A DNA stretch of 32,000 nucleotides, taken from the NCBI GenBank assembly GCA_041649575.1, contig JBAZMW010000002.1, positions 1 to 32,000 of the forward strand, given 5' to 3'. Made by a program: the position numbers and the translations under genes. The notes below the pieces were generated by a model. The model made no database searches. It had not been told where the DNA came from and saw only the letters and a program-made list of their open reading frames with translations. Below are positions 8,097-17,384 of the stretch, piece after piece. Position 1 is the first letter of the stretch; each line of letters opens with the position of its first letter. Origin of the DNA: Patescibacteria group bacterium (GTDB lineage: Bacteria; Patescibacteriota; Patescibacteriia; 2-01-FULL-39-33).

Positions 8097-9881
8097 ATGG
8101 AGATAAAAAAGTTCTATCAGAACAAGCTAATTGTTTTTTTCGCTATTATTGTTGTAGTTTTAATTTTCTATTCCAATATTTTCAACAACCAGTTTGCCTA
8201 TGACGATAACGATTTTTTTGTTAATTGGCAAACCGTTGAAAGCTTAGGCAACGCTAAGGCGCTGGTTTTGGGCGATTTACCACTTAGCCATCAGCATGTT
8301 TATCGTCCGCTAAGGAGCTTGTTGCAGGCGGTTACTTATCAGTTGTTTGGGCAAAATCCTTTAGGTTATCATTTTCTTGGGTTGTTTTTTTATATTTTGG
8401 CAATTTATTTGCTTTATTTGATTTTCAGAAAGATAATAAACGCCAAAGTCGCTTTTTTGTCGGCCATGATTTTTGCCGTTTTGCCGGTTCATGTCGAAGC
8501 TGTCACTTTTGTCACCGCCAGCTTCGATCTCTTTGGTATTGTTTTGATGCTGGCTAGTCTTTATTTTTATCTGCTGGGCAGAAATAAAAATAAAGCTTAT
8601 CTGGCCCTCTCTTTGATTTTGTCGCTGGCGGCCCTTTTTTCCTACGAGCTCACAGTCGTTTTGCCGCTACTTTTAGTTTTGTACGACAAGTGCTCGGACC
8701 GCGGGAAAAAAATTATTGTTAGCGTCAAAGAAAATTGGTTTTATTTTTTGGGCGTGGCTGTTTATCTGGCCGCCAGGTTTTATGTTATGAAGCTGCTAAA
8801 TCCCCAGTCATTTCTCACCGAACTGGATCCTAAAACAATAGTCTTTACCTCAATCAAATCTTTTTCAAATTATGTCTATCTGGCCGTCTTTAATTATCCC
8901 TTAAGCGTCAATCATCAGACTGTTTTAAGTAGTTCAATTTTTGACTTCAGTGTGGTTTTTTCCATAATTATCTTTGCCTTACTCCTGTACCTGTCTTGGT
9001 ATTTTTACAAAAAGAATAAGAGCGTCTATACTTTACTGATTGGCTGGTTTATTATTGGCCTGTTGCCGGCCGCCAATCTGGTGAGAGTCTCCCGTTTTGT
9101 CGCCGAAAGGTATCTTTTTTTGTCCTCGGTCGCCTTTGGCGTTTTGGTTCCCCTGATTTTTTTTAAGTTATTCAATTATTTTTCAAACAAAAAGCAGACG
9201 GCGGCCAGGATAATTACGGTCATAGTCCTGGTCCTGGTTTTTTTAACTTACGGATTTATGTCTTATGTCAGAAATAATGATTGGCAAAACGACGAAACAT
9301 TATGGCAAAAAACGCTTAAAAATGAGACTGGCGATACCCGTTCTCTGAATAATTTAGCTTTTGAGCTGCGGCAAAAGGGCCAAAACGAAAAAGCGATTGA
9401 TTATCTGGGCCAAGCCATCAAACTAGATCCAAATTATTATTTGGCCTACGAAAACTTGGGAGAAATCTATTCGGAATTAAATCAGCACGATAAAGCGATA
9501 GAAAATTTCAATAAAGTCATTGAATTGAAACCTAATTATTTTATCGCTTATGCCAACAGGGGATTCGATTATTTTTTGTTGGGCGAGGCAGAATTGGCTG
9601 AGAAAGATTATTTAAAGGCGCTGGAGCTAAACCCTCAGTTTTATCAGGCAAACCTTAATCTGGGTGGGTTTTATTTCGAGGCCGGCAATTTTGAACAAGC
9701 GATTGGTTATTTTGAAAAAGCTTTAGCGATAGACGGCAGCAACAGCGAGGTTTATGAAGCGCTGGGTCTAGCTTATCTGGGCGCTAGTCAGCCGTCAGCG
9801 GCCAAGGCCAGCTTTGCCAAAGCGTTAAAAATCAATCCTAATTCATCAAGGGCCAGGGATTTTCTTAATAAATTAAAATAG
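8097..9881 (+). CDS. TMTC-like integral-membrane GT-C glycosyltransferase with C-terminal TPR repeats
   Basis: 'FAYDDNDFFVNW...HVYRPLRSLLQAVTYQLFG' and 'FAVLPVHVEAVTFVTASFDLFG' fit TMTC-type motifs; many TM helices; C-terminal TPRs 'NYYLAYENLGEIYSELNQHDKAIENFNKVIELKPNYFIAYANRG'. Confidence 0.85.
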   Translation: MEIKKFYQNKLIVFFAIIVVVLIFYSNIFNNQFAYDDNDFFVNWQTVESLGNAKALVLGDLPLSHQHVYRPLRSLLQAVTYQLFGQNPLGYHFLGLFFYILAIYLLYLIFRKIINAKVAFLSAMIFAVLPVHVEAVTFVTASFDLFGIVLMLASLYFYLLGRNKNKAYLALSLILSLAALFSYELTVVLPLLLVLYDKCSDRGKKIIVSVKENWFYFLGVAVYLAARFYVMKLLNPQSFLTELDPKTIVFTSIKSFSNYVYLAVFNYPLSVNHQTVLSSSIFDFSVVFSIIIFALLLYLSWYFYKKNKSVYTLLIGWFIIGLLPAANLVRVSRFVAERYLFLSSVAFGVLVPLIFFKLFNYFSNKKQTAARIITVIVLVLVFLTYGFMSYVRNNDWQNDETLWQKTLKNETGDTRSLNNLAFELRQKGQNEKAIDYLGQAIKLDPNYYLAYENLGEIYSELNQHDKAIENFNKVIELKPNYFIAYANRGFDYFLLGEAELAEKDYLKALELNPQFYQANLNLGGFYFEAGNFEQAIGYFEKALAIDGSNSEVYEALGLAYLGASQPSAAKASFAKALKINPNSSRARDFLNKLK

Positions 9882-9932
9882 TCTTTTTCGCGATTTTGCA
9901 TTATAATTTGTTTATTGTCGAAATATCAATTC

Positions 9933-11648
9933 ATGACGATTAATTTGAACAAAAAAGGATGGTCTTTATTTCTCTTGGCTGTAATTGTGGTTACGGCTGT
10001 CTTTTTTCGTTTTTGGCACTTGACCGGCAATGACCTGTATTCGGACGATGCTCTTTATTCTTTCCGCGCCCTGGGCTGGTTTGACTATCTGGGCGGTGGA
10101 CAGACCACTCCGGTCCAATGGTTTGGTTCTGTCCCTGGTTGGGCCAGATTGTCTTTTCATGATGCGCCGCCGCTGGTTCTGGCCATCCAAAACATTTTTT
10201 TTAAATTTCTAGGGCCGAATGTTTTGGCGGCACGTCTGCCGTTTGCTCTGGCTGGTCTGGGCGCAGTGCTGCTTTTGTATTTTTTGGTAAAAAAGAGCAA
10301 AAATCGAGGCCCGGCTTTGTTAGCCGCTTTTTTACTGGGCATTTCTTCTTTGGCGACTTGGGCGAGTCGGGTCGGTTATCTGGAGGGAGTGGAAGTGTTT
10401 TTTATTGTTTTGAGCGTTTTTTTTCTGGCCAATTTTTTGGCTGGCGGCAAAAAATACAATTTGTATTGGTGGGGTATTACCATCGGTTTGTCGTTGCTTT
10501 GCAAATATACGGCCATTTTTCTGCTACCGGCGGCGATTTTATACCTTTTGATTTGGCGCCGGTCGGCTTTCAAAACCAAAGAGTTATGGTTGGCTCTGGT
10601 TTTATTTCTGGCCGTGCTGACTCCCATTATTATTTATAATGTCAATGTTTTTCAAACACGCGGTCATTTTGACGCTGCCTTGTCGTCGATGGTCGGCCTG
10701 CACCCGGAAGACTTTAAGACCGTTGCCAGCCGTGGTTTGAGCTTGAATTGGTGGCAAAATCTTCTTTCTCTGCCAAAAGACGCCCTTTTCACCACCACCT
10801 CTTTCCCTATTTTTTTACTGCTAATTATTTCCTTTGTTTATCTGTTGGTCAAGGTGGTCAGAAAGAAAGGCGATTATTTAGAAAATTTCATTTTTATCAA
10901 TCTGGTCATGGTTCTGGCGATGTTTGCTTTTGTCGGTGCCGGGCCAAGATTTTTTTCTATTGTCATGCCGTTTTTATCGCTGGTGTTAGCTTTATTCATC
11001 AGCGACATCTGGCGCTGGCTAAGGCAAAAAGAATTTTTGGTGGTGCAAAAGATAATGATTCTGATTTTATTATTAGCGTTTGTCGGGGAAATTGTTTACA
11101 ATATTAACACCAATCTCTCGGTCAAGTCGGCTGGCTGGCCGAATATTTCTTATTCCAGCGCCCGTTTTTATAATCTGGGTTTCAATCAGTTAGATGCTTA
11201 TCTGCAAAATGATGTTTTAACCCCGCTGCCGGCGCCGCTGAGACTTACTGCTTTAAATGATATCTTTCTAAATCCAGAAGATATCAAGGGCGCGCGTTTA
11301 GTTTTGACCGACGAGAGAATCAATTGGTTTGCCTATTCCTGGTATCTGCAAAAATATTCCTTTTTTTATCATTTACCGGTAGTTTCTTTTTATGATGTTT
11401 TAAACCTAACTGTTCCCAATAAGCTCGACCCGATGGAATTTCTAAAAAATTCTGGTGCCAAGGATATTTATTATATTTTGGCCTTGGATGACTCGGTGCT
11501 TGATCCCGTCAAAAAAGAAAATTCCAACCTAGGATACGCCATGAAATTGTTGGGAGACAAACTGCAAGAGCGGGGCGCTGATGTCAAAGAGATAAAAAAT
11601 CATAATAATTTAGCGGTTTTTAAAATTTATCATCTTAAAAATAATTAA
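9933..11648 (+). CDS. GT39/PMT_2-type integral-membrane glycosyltransferase
   Basis: 'FRFWHLTGNDLYSDDALYSFRALGW' acidic first-loop motif, 'AARLPFALAGLGAVLLLYFLVKK', multi-TM. ATG at 9933 preferred over the TTG at 9915. Confidence 0.8.
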   Translation: MTINLNKKGWSLFLLAVIVVTAVFFRFWHLTGNDLYSDDALYSFRALGWFDYLGGGQTTPVQWFGSVPGWARLSFHDAPPLVLAIQNIFFKFLGPNVLAARLPFALAGLGAVLLLYFLVKKSKNRGPALLAAFLLGISSLATWASRVGYLEGVEVFFIVLSVFFLANFLAGGKKYNLYWWGITIGLSLLCKYTAIFLLPAAILYLLIWRRSAFKTKELWLALVLFLAVLTPIIIYNVNVFQTRGHFDAALSSMVGLHPEDFKTVASRGLSLNWWQNLLSLPKDALFTTTSFPIFLLLIISFVYLLVKVVRKKGDYLENFIFINLVMVLAMFAFVGAGPRFFSIVMPFLSLVLALFISDIWRWLRQKEFLVVQKIMILILLLAFVGEIVYNINTNLSVKSAGWPNISYSSARFYNLGFNQLDAYLQNDVLTPLPAPLRLTALNDIFLNPEDIKGARLVLTDERINWFAYSWYLQKYSFFYHLPVVSFYDVLNLTVPNKLDPMEFLKNSGAKDIYYILALDDSVLDPVKKENSNLGYAMKLLGDKLQERGADVKEIKNHNNLAVFKIYHLKNN

Positions 11649-11663
11649 TCTAACCTTTAAGAT

Positions 11664-13988
11664 ATGAACCAATCTAAAATTTTGGTATTGATTCCCAAGG
11701 TCATTATCTGGCTGTGTCTGGCCGTTATTTTATTCTCGCCCCTTTATGTCAGCAGCCATCTTTTTTTTCCTTTTATCGTCACCAAAACCCTGGTTTTTAA
11801 TATTGCGGTAGAGGTAATGGTTTTGGCTTTTTTGTTTCTGGCCAGCATAAGTGGCGACTATAAAATCAGGATTAATTTGGCGGTTATCTTGGTCGCGGTT
11901 TATATTATCTTGTCTTTCATTTCTTCTTTGGCGGGCGATAATTTTTACCGCAGTTTCTGGAGCAATAACGAAAGAAGCGAAGGATTGCTCCTCTTACTAC
12001 ATCTCTTTTTGTTTTTGGTGGTGCTTTCCAGCTTCTTTAGAAAAATAAAGAGTTGGCTTTTGGTTTTTGACACTTTTTTCTTCGCCAGTTTTCTGGTCGC
12101 TTTGATTGCCCTGGGTCAGTATTTCAAGCTTGATTGGCTTTTTGCTTCCGGTGACGGCCAGCGCCTGGCCGGCACTATTGGTAATGCCGGCTATATGGCC
12201 GGCTACTTGGTTTTTGCCGTTTTTCTGGGCTTATTATTGGTTTTTAAGCGGAAAACCATTTATTTGAAAATTTATTATCTGATAGTAATGGCTTTGGAGG
12301 TCTTTATTATTTTCGGTACTGGTACAAGGGGTGGTATGCTGGCGCTGTTGCTTGGAGCTTTTTTGTTTGTCTTGTATTTACTTTTCTTTTATTTCAAAAA
12401 TAAATATTTAAAATTGGCCGGAGTGGTGGTTATACTTTTGGCTTTGGGGCTGCCCTTGGTAGTGTTTGCCAATAAAGATTCACATTGGGTGAAAAGTAAT
12501 TTTGCCCTGAACAGACTTTCCACTATTTCCGCCACCACGGTCACCGCTCAATACCGGTTTATGACTTGGCAAGCGGCTTGGCAGGGCTTTAAGAAAAAAT
12601 CCGTCCTTGGTTGGGGTCAGGAAAATTTTTATCAACCGTTTGACAAATACTTCAATCCTAAAATATTTCGTCATGGTGGTTCGGTGGTTTGGTATGATCG
12701 CGCTCACAATATAGTTTTTGACCGCTTGGTTACCGGCGGCATCCTGGGCCTGCTGTCTTATTTGGCGCTTTTGTTCGTTCCTTGTTATTTTTTGTGGCGC
12801 CAGCGGGCGAAAAAGGAACCAGAGGCGGGCAATGACCAAGAAAAAAAAGGCAAGAGATATTTCATCCAGGTGATCTTTTCTTTAATTGTTCTGGCTTATT
12901 TTATTCAGAATTTGTTTATTTTTGAGGCTTTGGCTACTTATATTCCTTTATTTCTGGTATTGAGCTTCATTGGCTTGTTTGGTTGGAGCTACGATTGGCA
13001 GCCGCTAGCCAGCCGCCGTGTCAAGTTAGCGTTTTTTATTTTTTGGCTGATTGTTTTTTTACCGATTCTATATTTTGTCAACCTCAAGCCGCTCAATGCC
13101 AACTTGACCCTGACCAAAGCTTTAAGCAGCCAGGATTTGAGTGTTAGCGAGAGAATTGATCTTTTCAAACAAGTTTTGTCGCAGCAGACCCCGGGTAATC
13201 AGGAATATCGACGGCAGCTGTTCAATCTTTTGGAGGCGTTGATTACCCAAAAGTTCCCGGATAAAAAAGTTATTTCCGACCTGGCCGATTTTACCGGCAG
13301 CGAATTAAACAAACAGATCGCCGAAAACCCCCACAGTGTTTCCAATTATTTGCTACTGATGAGATTCAACAGTTCCATGTTCAGTCAGACCGGCAATCTC
13401 GATTATCTTAATAAAAACTTGGATCTTTTTGATCAGGCCAAGGAGCTGTCGCCGGCCCGTCAGGTTATATATTTTGAAATCGGCTATTCCTACATAGCCA
13501 TGGGTAATTATTTTAAACAAACTAGCCAGGGGGAGATGGCCCAGAAATATTATGATTTGGCCGTAGATAACTTTCGTTACGCCCTGGAGTTAAACGATAC
13601 TAATTTCGAATCATACAGGCAGTTAATAAGCGCCTTAATTTATGCCGGTAAAAACCAAGACGTGCTAGATTTTATCGACCAAATGAATCAGAAGGAAAAA
13701 GAAAAAATAATGGATGATTACGATCACACCAGTTTTTTTACCAGCGTCATTAACATCGGCGTTTCAGTAAAAAATTACCAAATTGCAAGATCGATGGCCC
13801 AAAAACTGATTGAGATAGACCCCAAAAATCCTTTGTATTATGTCCAACTGGCTTTAGCTGAAGCCTATTTAGGCAATAACAATGAGGCTATAACAGTAGC
13901 TCAAAAAGTGGCGGAATTCGGAGACGATTACAAAAAACAGTCTGAAGATTTCATCCAAAAGGTAAAAGCGGGCGATTTTTCCAAGTAG
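11664..13988 (+). CDS. O-antigen ligase/polymerase-like (WaaL/Wzy) membrane protein with C-terminal TPR repeats
   Basis: Multi-TM with 'RFMTWQAAWQGFKKKSVLGWGQENF...YDRAHNIVFDRLVTGGILGLLSYL'; C-terminal TPR-like 'QVIYFEIGYSYIAMGNYFKQTSQGEMAQKYYDLAVDNFRYALELN'. Confidence 0.87.
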   Translation: MNQSKILVLIPKVIIWLCLAVILFSPLYVSSHLFFPFIVTKTLVFNIAVEVMVLAFLFLASISGDYKIRINLAVILVAVYIILSFISSLAGDNFYRSFWSNNERSEGLLLLLHLFLFLVVLSSFFRKIKSWLLVFDTFFFASFLVALIALGQYFKLDWLFASGDGQRLAGTIGNAGYMAGYLVFAVFLGLLLVFKRKTIYLKIYYLIVMALEVFIIFGTGTRGGMLALLLGAFLFVLYLLFFYFKNKYLKLAGVVVILLALGLPLVVFANKDSHWVKSNFALNRLSTISATTVTAQYRFMTWQAAWQGFKKKSVLGWGQENFYQPFDKYFNPKIFRHGGSVVWYDRAHNIVFDRLVTGGILGLLSYLALLFVPCYFLWRQRAKKEPEAGNDQEKKGKRYFIQVIFSLIVLAYFIQNLFIFEALATYIPLFLVLSFIGLFGWSYDWQPLASRRVKLAFFIFWLIVFLPILYFVNLKPLNANLTLTKALSSQDLSVSERIDLFKQVLSQQTPGNQEYRRQLFNLLEALITQKFPDKKVISDLADFTGSELNKQIAENPHSVSNYLLLMRFNSSMFSQTGNLDYLNKNLDLFDQAKELSPARQVIYFEIGYSYIAMGNYFKQTSQGEMAQKYYDLAVDNFRYALELNDTNFESYRQLISALIYAGKNQDVLDFIDQMNQKEKEKIMDDYDHTSFFTSVINIGVSVKNYQIARSMAQKLIEIDPKNPLYYVQLALAEAYLGNNNEAITVAQKVAEFGDDYKKQSEDFIQKVKAGDFSK

Positions 13989-14046
13989 TGGTTTAAAAAG
14001 TTATCCACAGCTTTCCGTTGACAGTAATGAAAATTTGTTTTTTTTG

Positions 14047-14055
14047 TGTTATAAT
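14047..14055 (+). promoter_or_regulatory. Candidate extended -10 promoter of the surface-protein pair
   Basis: TGTTATAAT (TGnTATAAT) about 100 nt upstream of the ATG at 14154. Confidence 0.45.
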
Positions 14056-14153
14056 TAAAGCATCATAAAGTATAAGCAAAAACTCAAGTAGCCGTTCTTC
14101 AAAGAGAGTTCCATTTAATTTAATCAAATTAAATAACTTTTAAAAAATAACTC

Positions 14154-14795
14154 ATGTTGTTTATGCACAAAAAAATCAATCTCTCCTCATCTTTGAGGAA
14201 TGCTTTGATTGTTGTGGTGGCGTTGTTTTTTGTGGCCACGGCGGTTTACGCTACTACCATAATCGGGACTAACATAAGCACTGGCGGGACTTTAACGGTA
14301 AGCGGAGATTCCACTTTAACTTCGGCTACCACCAGCCATACTTTGTATGTCACAAGTTACGCCTCTTCCACCGGCGGCCTTTTCACTCAAGGTAATTTAC
14401 ACGCTGGCGGCACCGCTTCTTTTGACGGTAACTCCACTTTTGGCAAGTCGTCATCAATTGTCAATCTGTTCACCGGTACTCTACAGGCATCCACCACGGC
14501 TTTATTTACCGGGGCGAGTACTTTTTATAACACTATAAACCTCAAAAATACCTCTGGCGGCACTTTTGATTTGACCACCAGCACCGCCACCACCACCAAA
14601 GGTATCTTTTCTCGCGATCATACCAACTCAACTTCAACCGTTAGTATTGGTGATGTTGGCTCTGCGGCTACCAAAGGTTGCTTAGAAATAACTGGTACCG
14701 ACGGAGTATTTTATAGTTGTTTTATTGATAACACTCACGGCACTGCCACCACCAGCGGCTACTACCTGTTGTGTCATCTGGGCCGGTGTATATAA
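14154..14795 (+). CDS. Small secreted beta-rich surface protein
   Basis: Signal peptide/TM 'SSLRNALIVVVALFFVATAVYATT'; repetitive 'GGTLTVSGDSTLTSATT...GGTASFDGNSTFG' pattern; Cys-containing C-terminal 'GCLEITGTDGVFYSCFIDN...YYLLCHLGRC'. Confidence 0.65.
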   Translation: MLFMHKKINLSSSLRNALIVVVALFFVATAVYATTIIGTNISTGGTLTVSGDSTLTSATTSHTLYVTSYASSTGGLFTQGNLHAGGTASFDGNSTFGKSSSIVNLFTGTLQASTTALFTGASTFYNTINLKNTSGGTFDLTTSTATTTKGIFSRDHTNSTSTVSIGDVGSAATKGCLEITGTDGVFYSCFIDNTHGTATTSGYYLLCHLGRCI

Positions 14796-14829
14796 AAGCA
14801 GATTTAATTTAAATTTTTAAGCTTATGCT

Positions 14830-16101
14830 ATGAAAATAAAAGCTAAAAAATTATTTTTTAGAGTTTTAATCTTTAGCGCTTGTTTGCTTTTTACTAGCAC
14901 GGTTGTGTTGGCCGCCACCGATGATTTTACGGCTGATGGCGACATCTCGGTCAGTGGAGTAACTTTTGGTGACACCACGGCTGATATGATCATACTTAGC
15001 GGCTCAAAATCAGAAAGCTGGGAGTTTAACAGCGGTACCTTTACGGTTGCCAATCCCGACTCAGCCTTTAAGATTGGTTCGTCAGACAGTGCCGTCAAGG
15101 GACTTAAGGCGGTAAGAGGCACCAATGAATACTGCGAAAACAACACCACGCCTGGCACTAGCTACTTGACGCTCCCAACCACTGCCGGTACTTATACCAT
15201 CACCCCTTTGTCGGGTACTTGCGTTGGCGGTTCACCGTCATCAGTGCCTGCTCCTAGCGCCGGTTCGGGTTCTGGCGGTACAGGGGAAACCACTTTGGGC
15301 GGCACGTCGAATCTTGGCAATGTCAGCAGTAGCGGCAAAAATGTTTTTATGTATATTAATTCCACTGCCAATTTTACTACCACGGTCAGCGGTTCTGGTT
15401 CTAATAGTCACAGCGTGAAAGTCACCGGGCTCGACTTGACCAATAAGCAGATCACCCTGACGTTTCAATCCGACCCGGTTACAGTGGAATTAAATCTAAA
15501 AGAGACCAAAGAAGTTGATTTAAACGGCGATGGTCTTAGTGATGTTAAGGTGACCTTTAATGATTTAATCATCAATAAGGCGGACTTAACGATCACCAAT
15601 ATTTTATCTACGTCAAAGGCATTTGCGCTGGGCTTGGTGGCCGGTGATTTAATCAAAATTGCCACCAATAGCGCCGTTTATTATATAGATTCTAATGGCA
15701 AACGACATTTATTTGTCAACGCGGCTACTTTTTGGACTTGGTATAGCGGTTCCTGGTCAAAAATAAAATATGGCACGGAAGCCAAAACCATCAAGATTAT
15801 TTCTCAAGCTGATTTCGATCAGGTGCTACTGGGCGCCAATATTACAGCCAAGCCGGCAAATAAGTTAATTAAATTCAGAACCAGCAAGAGAGTTTATGTG
15901 GTTGATGAGGGCGCGATTTTGAGACAAGTGGTGTCGAGTTCCGGCGATGCCAGCGTGGCCAAAAAATTGTATGGCGCTGATTATGCCAAAAACGTGATCC
16001 TTGTTCCCGACGGTTTTGAAAGTGACTATACCCACGGGGAAGTGCTGACCGAAACTTCAACAGCCCCAATCAAAACACTGGAGATAAACAAGTTGTTTTA
16101 A
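14830..16101 (+). CDS. Secreted surface protein with DxNxDGxxD loop and C-terminal bipartite 'LIK..AVYYVD' domain
   Basis: Signal peptide 'VLIFSACLLFTSTVVLA'; 'KKEVDLNGDGLSDVKVTFNDLIINKADLTI'-like module ('KEVDLNGDGLSDVKVTF'); C-terminal 'GDLIKIATNSAVYYIDSNGKRHLF' and 'NKLIKFRTSKRVYVVDEG' units. Confidence 0.75.
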   Translation: MKIKAKKLFFRVLIFSACLLFTSTVVLAATDDFTADGDISVSGVTFGDTTADMIILSGSKSESWEFNSGTFTVANPDSAFKIGSSDSAVKGLKAVRGTNEYCENNTTPGTSYLTLPTTAGTYTITPLSGTCVGGSPSSVPAPSAGSGSGGTGETTLGGTSNLGNVSSSGKNVFMYINSTANFTTTVSGSGSNSHSVKVTGLDLTNKQITLTFQSDPVTVELNLKETKEVDLNGDGLSDVKVTFNDLIINKADLTITNILSTSKAFALGLVAGDLIKIATNSAVYYIDSNGKRHLFVNAATFWTWYSGSWSKIKYGTEAKTIKIISQADFDQVLLGANITAKPANKLIKFRTSKRVYVVDEGAILRQVVSSSGDASVAKKLYGADYAKNVILVPDGFESDYTHGEVLTETSTAPIKTLEINKLF

Positions 16102-16117
16102 CGAACTGAAATTATTT

Positions 16118-16149
16118 AAAAATCCTCCCGCTTAAGCGGGAGGATTTTT
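16118..16149. terminator. Bidirectional intrinsic terminator between convergent genes
   Basis: Perfect 32-nt palindrome AAAAATCCTCCCGCTTAAGCGGGAGGATTTTT. Confidence 0.93.
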
Positions 16150-16163
16150 GTTAATCAGGTTTT

Positions 16164-17312
16164 TTATTTTTTGTATTCGCTTAGAGTTTCCAGAATCATT
16201 TTTTGAAAAGAAAAATCATTTATTACAGCAAGCCTTGCTTGTTCGGCCATTTTTTTTGCCAAAGCGGGGTCAGCGATTACTTGTTTGATTTTTTCTGCTA
16301 ACTTAGCGGAATTACCAGGCTCCGAGAGCAGGCCGGTCTTACCATCTTTTATTATCTCCGGGATACCTCCTATTCTGGTGGCGACAATAGGCAGCCCAGC
16401 GGCCATTGCTTCTAGAATGGAGTAAGGCAACCCTTCCTTTAAAGAAGAGCAAAGGTAAAGATCAAAGGCTTTTAGGTATTGGGCGGCATCACTCTGGCTG
16501 CCAGCTAAAATGAATTTATTTTCCAGCCCGGCTTCTTTGATTAAATTTTCCAATTCCGGCCTTAGTTCGCCATCGCCAATCACCACGGCCACGACAGGTA
16601 TTGGATCGGTGTTTATTATCTTTATCGCTTCAATGAAGTATTTTAAGCCTTTGTTGGCATAAAAATTGGCTATGGTGCCGACTATGATTCCTGTCAGGGG
16701 GAGGCCCAATTTTTTTCTAGCCTCTGGCTGGTCTAAAAATTTTATTTTGTCCAGGTTAATCCCATTAGGGATAACCGCTAATTTGTTTTGGGGAGCAATA
16801 TTTTTTTTCAAAGCGGATTGTTTGTCTAATTGGGAAAGGCAAATGATTTTGTCTTTGAACCGGCTGGTGCTTTTTTCTAAGACGAGGTAGGCTAGTTTTA
16901 TCAGAGGATTTAGCGATTCGTTGAATACCCAGCCATGGCAAGTGAAAATAACCCTGGCTTTATGTTTAGCCAGTTTAGCGGCCAGCGAACCAACCACACC
17001 GGCTTTACTGCTGTTTAGATGTATTATATCTGGCTTTTCTTTCTCTATTGTCTTTTTTATTTCCCAAACAGCCAGCAAATCTTTTAGAGGATTAATCTCT
17101 CGGACCAGATTTTTGAAAGTTATTGATTTCAGCCCTTGGTTTTTTGCCCTTTCCGCCAGTTCGCCCTTGTTTTTAGCGCCGCCGCTAATTATTATTTCTA
17201 GGTTGGGCTCATCTTTTAGCCCGCTTATCAGATCATAAACATACTTTTGCGCACCGCCCCAAGAGAGTAAAGTGATTATATATAAAACCTTCGTTTTTTC
17301 AGAGTTGTTCAT
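16164..17312 (-). CDS. Glycosyltransferase family 4
   Basis: 'LYIITLLSWGGAQKYVYDLISGL', 'VIPNGINLDKI', 'LYLCSSLKEGLPYSILEAMAAGLPIVATRIGGIPEIIKDGKTGLL'. Confidence 0.93.
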   Translation of the reverse strand: MNNSEKTKVLYIITLLSWGGAQKYVYDLISGLKDEPNLEIIISGGAKNKGELAERAKNQGLKSITFKNLVREINPLKDLLAVWEIKKTIEKEKPDIIHLNSSKAGVVGSLAAKLAKHKARVIFTCHGWVFNESLNPLIKLAYLVLEKSTSRFKDKIICLSQLDKQSALKKNIAPQNKLAVIPNGINLDKIKFLDQPEARKKLGLPLTGIIVGTIANFYANKGLKYFIEAIKIINTDPIPVVAVVIGDGELRPELENLIKEAGLENKFILAGSQSDAAQYLKAFDLYLCSSLKEGLPYSILEAMAAGLPIVATRIGGIPEIIKDGKTGLLSEPGNSAKLAEKIKQVIADPALAKKMAEQARLAVINDFSFQKMILETLSEYKK

Positions 17313-17384
17313 AAATTGACTTTTTAGCTAAAATATATAATAATATTAAGGTATATTCATTTATTAATCAAGAGTGATTAAATT

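Noticed and set aside
10748-11107. 119-aa plus-strand alternative-frame ORF inside the GT39-like gene
   Set aside because: Overlaps the well-supported frame and lacks domain features.
12480-12839. 119-aa minus-strand ORF within the WaaL/Wzy-like gene
   Set aside because: Antisense shadow of a conserved membrane-enzyme coding frame.
14001-14009. Perfect DnaA-box-like TTATCCACA
   Set aside because: Single isolated copy with no cluster, no AT-rich unwinding element and no dnaA/dnaN nearby, so chance is likely.
14018-14055. TTGACA upstream of TATAAT before the 14154 gene
   Set aside because: Spacing is 26 nt, too long for a standard -35/-10 pair, so only the extended -10 is kept.
17316-17341. 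TTGACT...TATAAT between the divergent genes at 17312 and 17385
   Set aside because: Spacer is only 14 nt in a very AT-rich stretch, so a promoter is likely somewhere here but this exact pair is not supported.
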